A program made the translations under genes and the position numbers. From Eledone cirrhosa (lineage: Eukaryota), in the NCBI GenBank assembly GCA_964016885.1, contig OZ024753.1, positions 17,608,001 to 17,672,000 on the forward strand: DNA of 64,000 bases, written 5' to 3'. Shown in pieces: positions 60,727 through 64,000 of the stretch. Numbering within the stretch: the stretch's first letter is position 1; each line of letters starts with the position of its first letter. Under the pieces are notes generated by a model. That model had not been told where the DNA came from and did no database searches. It was given only the letters and a program-made list of their open reading frames with translations.

Positions 60727-60881
60727 TTCATTATTTCTGAAGACGGCGTATATATGAGTTAGGTATGTATATTTAATCTTGATAATTTGTATAATTTTGT
60801 ATAATTTTGTACATAGATCTGTTAAATATGCATACCAATTATAACACATATATGCCCTAGAAACGATCGTTAAATAGTGAA
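60727..60881 (+). ncRNA. Type I hammerhead-like motif with ~115-nt extended stem II in the PLE pLTR
   Basis: TTCATTATTT-CTGAAGA-C-GGCGTATAT...ATATGCC-CTA-GAAAC-GATC-GTT|AAATAGTGAA; palindromic stem III AACGATCGTT; inner pairing GGTATGTATATTTAA/TTAAATATGCATACC. Confidence 0.65.
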
Positions 60882-61226
60882 CTTTTTTTGTTTAATATAA
60901 GGAATTGTTTGTTCATTATTTGTTTAATATTTTATCTTGACTCTGTATACCGTTTATCTTTCACCGAAAGTGGATTTTCATTACATCTCTTCTTTCCATG
61001 ATATCCGGAATACATTGAGTTCTTCATACAGATTGGACACTACCGTAAACTCTTGGTAGATTTATCTACATAATTTTGCTCCTATTTTCACGGAAATATT
61101 CGTATTTTTGTACTGTATGTGTGTATTAATTTTATATTTATGTATAAACATATATATATATGTATGATTTTGTAAACCCATATACAGTTAGTTGAGCTCT
61201 TTCAATTGTCCATCATCCATATCACA

Positions 61227-63668
61227 ATGGAAAAACAATATTTAGGAATCTCCTTAAAAAACATACCAATACCTTCTAAGGACGACTTCTTACTCCTTAT
61301 GATTCAGAAAACTAATAATTTTATCAGAAGGGTTAGATGGAGAGCCTACCACTTCGATAGAAAATCTAAACAAGCAGATCGGAAATATATGTATGATTTC
61401 AACACTTACAAGAATCCACCACACAACTTTTTACTTGAAGACTTCGAGAAAGACCTTTTTAATTTAATTAAACACCTCAAATTTAAAAAGTATAAATCCG
61501 TCTTTCAAAAGGACCTTGATTCTACCCTATTGGACCTAAAAAAGTCTAAAAAAATCCATGTCCACTCGGACAAAACTGGTAACTTGTATCATATGGATAT
61601 TGAACATTATAATGAGTTCATATATAAAGAACTCAGAAAAAATTATAAAAAATCTAATAATGTGTCACTCACCAACATCAACAACAAAACACACAACATA
61701 GTAAAAAAACTAAATATTGAAGATAGAACTGAACCTTTGGCATTGAAAAGTCCACACTTCAACCTGAAAGATCACAAATCTAACTTTAACTCTAATCCTT
61801 CTATTAGACTTATATGTCCCTCCAAATCAGATATTGGAATAATTAGCAAAAAAATTTTAGATAGAGTCATCCCACAAATAAGAAAATACGTTATTTTACC
61901 ACTCTGGGAAAACACCTCCCAGGTAATTAATTGGTTTAAAAATATTAGGTGTAAATCTTCTGCTTCTTTCCTACAATTTGATATAGATAATTACTATTCT
62001 TCTATATCACCCATACTCCTGAACAAAGCATTAATATTTGCTAAAAATAGATCTAATTTAACTTCGGATGACATTAACATTATTACACATGCTAGACAAA
62101 CACTTATTGAATTTCAGAATGAATACTGGACCAGAAACACTTACAGTAATCTTTTTGATATTACTATGGGTTCAAGCGATTCCGCCCAAATTACTGATCT
62201 TGTGGGCCTCTTTCTCCTTTTCAACATAAATGCCTCTTTTCCCCACCTCAAAGGTGGTTTATATCGTGATGACTGTCTTCTTCTTTCTAACAACCTTAGC
62301 CTTTCAGAAATCGAAAAAAACAAAAAGCATATTAGAACTTTCCTTAAAGACTATTATAATCTTAATATTACTTTTGAAAAAACAAGTAAAGTAGTAAATT
62401 TCCTAGATATAACTTTAGATTTAGCTACGGGTATATACCAACCTTACCATAAACCTAACCAAAACTTACATTACATACACTCACAATCTAATCACCCTAA
62501 ATCTATCCTTAAAAACCTTGCATATAATATATCACTTAGAATTTCTAACCTTTCTTCTAACCAAGATGTATTTGATAAAAATGCGACCTTTTATAATGAA
62601 GCTCTAGATAGAAGTGGCCACAAAAATAGATTAGAGTATATACCTTCTACTAAAAATACTGAAAGCATACAGCATAATATTACCAACAAACACCAAATGA
62701 AAAGTACACACCTAAATGCCACCCACAGTATACCGCAAAATACTAAATCTTCTAATATTAACTATAGTAACCCTCAAAAAACTACTCATCATACGACTAT
62801 AATAAATATTAATAATAAAACTCCTAATAAAAAAGATAAAACACCTAAATCTACAAATATAACTAAAAATAGTTGTGGTGAGATCATTAACATTAATCCT
62901 CCTAGTAAAAATCATGATACAACATATAAAAATAATAAAAATAATAAACAACATAGAAACCGTAATAGACGAGTTACTTGGTATAATGCTCCTTTTAATT
63001 TACAAGTTAAGGATAATATTGCTAAAAAATTTTTTTATATCCTTGAGAAAAACTTCCCGCCAAACCACAAATACCATCAAATCTTAAATAGGTCTACAGT
63101 TAAATTCTCATACTCTACAACAAATAACATAAAACAAAATATAAGTGCATATAATGCATAAAAATGTAAGAAAACCATAAGTATACCACCAGTACATCAA
63201 ATTAACAATAATATCTCCTCAAATACAGAATTAACGAAAGGATGTAACTGTAGAAACAAAACAAACTGCCCATTAAAAGGGAATTGTCTTGTTAACAACA
63301 TAGTCTATAAATGTAATGTTAAAACTAAAGATTCTATTTGCTCATATATAGGAGCTACCTCTAACAATTTTAAGACAAGGTATAATACCCACAAACATAG
63401 CTTTAAAAATGCCGCACTGGCTAATACAACATCTCTAGCAGAAAAAATCAATAGTTATAAAAATAAAAATATAAAATATGATTTGACCTGGAGTGTGCTC
63501 AAAAGAGCCACCCCTTATCAAAATAATAGAAAGGAATGTAGATTATGTTCCCAAGAACTATTTGAAATAATGAAGTCTAGAGATATCTTATTAAATAAAA
63601 GACAGGAATTAATTATATCGTGTAATCATAAACTAAAAAAAACATTTAAATATTATAAACCTAATTAA
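61227..63668 (+). pseudogene. Full-length Naiad RT-GIY-YIG ORF (~813 codons) with a single premature stop at 63159-63161
   Basis: ATG at 61227. TAT (Tyr in the left copy) is TAA here; the frame continues unchanged to 63668. Confidence 0.88.
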
Positions 63669-64000
63669 TAACATTATTCTAGAATTTAATTTAATTTAAA
63701 TGTTAGTTAACCTATAAATTTAATTTAATTAATATTTTATTACAGATGAGAAAATATTATGTAATCATAAATTTTGAAAAACCTTTAAATATTACTAATA
63801 TATACTCAGTATTTTAATTTATAGATTAATTTTAATTTATTTTAACCTTTTATTATAATTTTTTTTATTATAATTCTTTTACAGATAAAATATAACAAAA
63901 TAATATCATGTATCCTATGACGGAGAAAGAATTTTTAGTATTATAGACCTAATTAATATACATTTTGGAAATATATTTATTATTTGGTTTTAGTTTTAAT

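Noticed and set aside
61115-61187. Possible GTATGT...ACAG intron in the PLE 5' UTR
   Set aside because: No polypyrimidine tract, and such motifs are common in this composition; needs RNA data.
61227-63668. Possible selenocysteine recoding as reported for some Naiads
   Set aside because: The only in-frame stop is TAA at a Tyr position, not TGA at a Cys.

Overview
AT-rich, microsatellite-saturated eukaryotic DNA. It is probably octopus/cephalopod, inferred only from the recurring tRNA-derived SINE and the repeat style. Almost all of it is transposons and tandem repeats; only one plausible host exon was found (26782-26984). Most long ORF-track entries are translations of (TA)n/(CA)n repeats and are not genes. 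Main contents: (1) a decayed Helentron/Helitron2-type RepHel element with a 2A-like 'GCVEFNPGP' motif, followed by a BACK-like ORF and a foldback element (6.7-12.9 kb); (2) a 591-bp tandem array of about 7.8 apparently identical units, each with a type I hammerhead ribozyme carrying a compensatory U3-A8 core and a palindromic stem III, i.e. a retrozyme-like array (15.26-19.85 kb); (3) several other small hammerhead-bearing or fold-back elements sitting in (TA)n tracts; (4) fragments of Tx1/L1, CRE-like, R4/Dong-like and Penelope retroelements; (5) a young Naiad-clade Penelope-like element in an inverted plus partial-tandem arrangement (52.8-64 kb), with an extended-stem-II hammerhead and a 3.5-kb microsatellite-rich tail. 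Together these suggest a Penelope-like-element/hammerhead system that targets and spreads TA microsatellites. All family assignments come from motifs read by eye; no database search or folding calculation was run.
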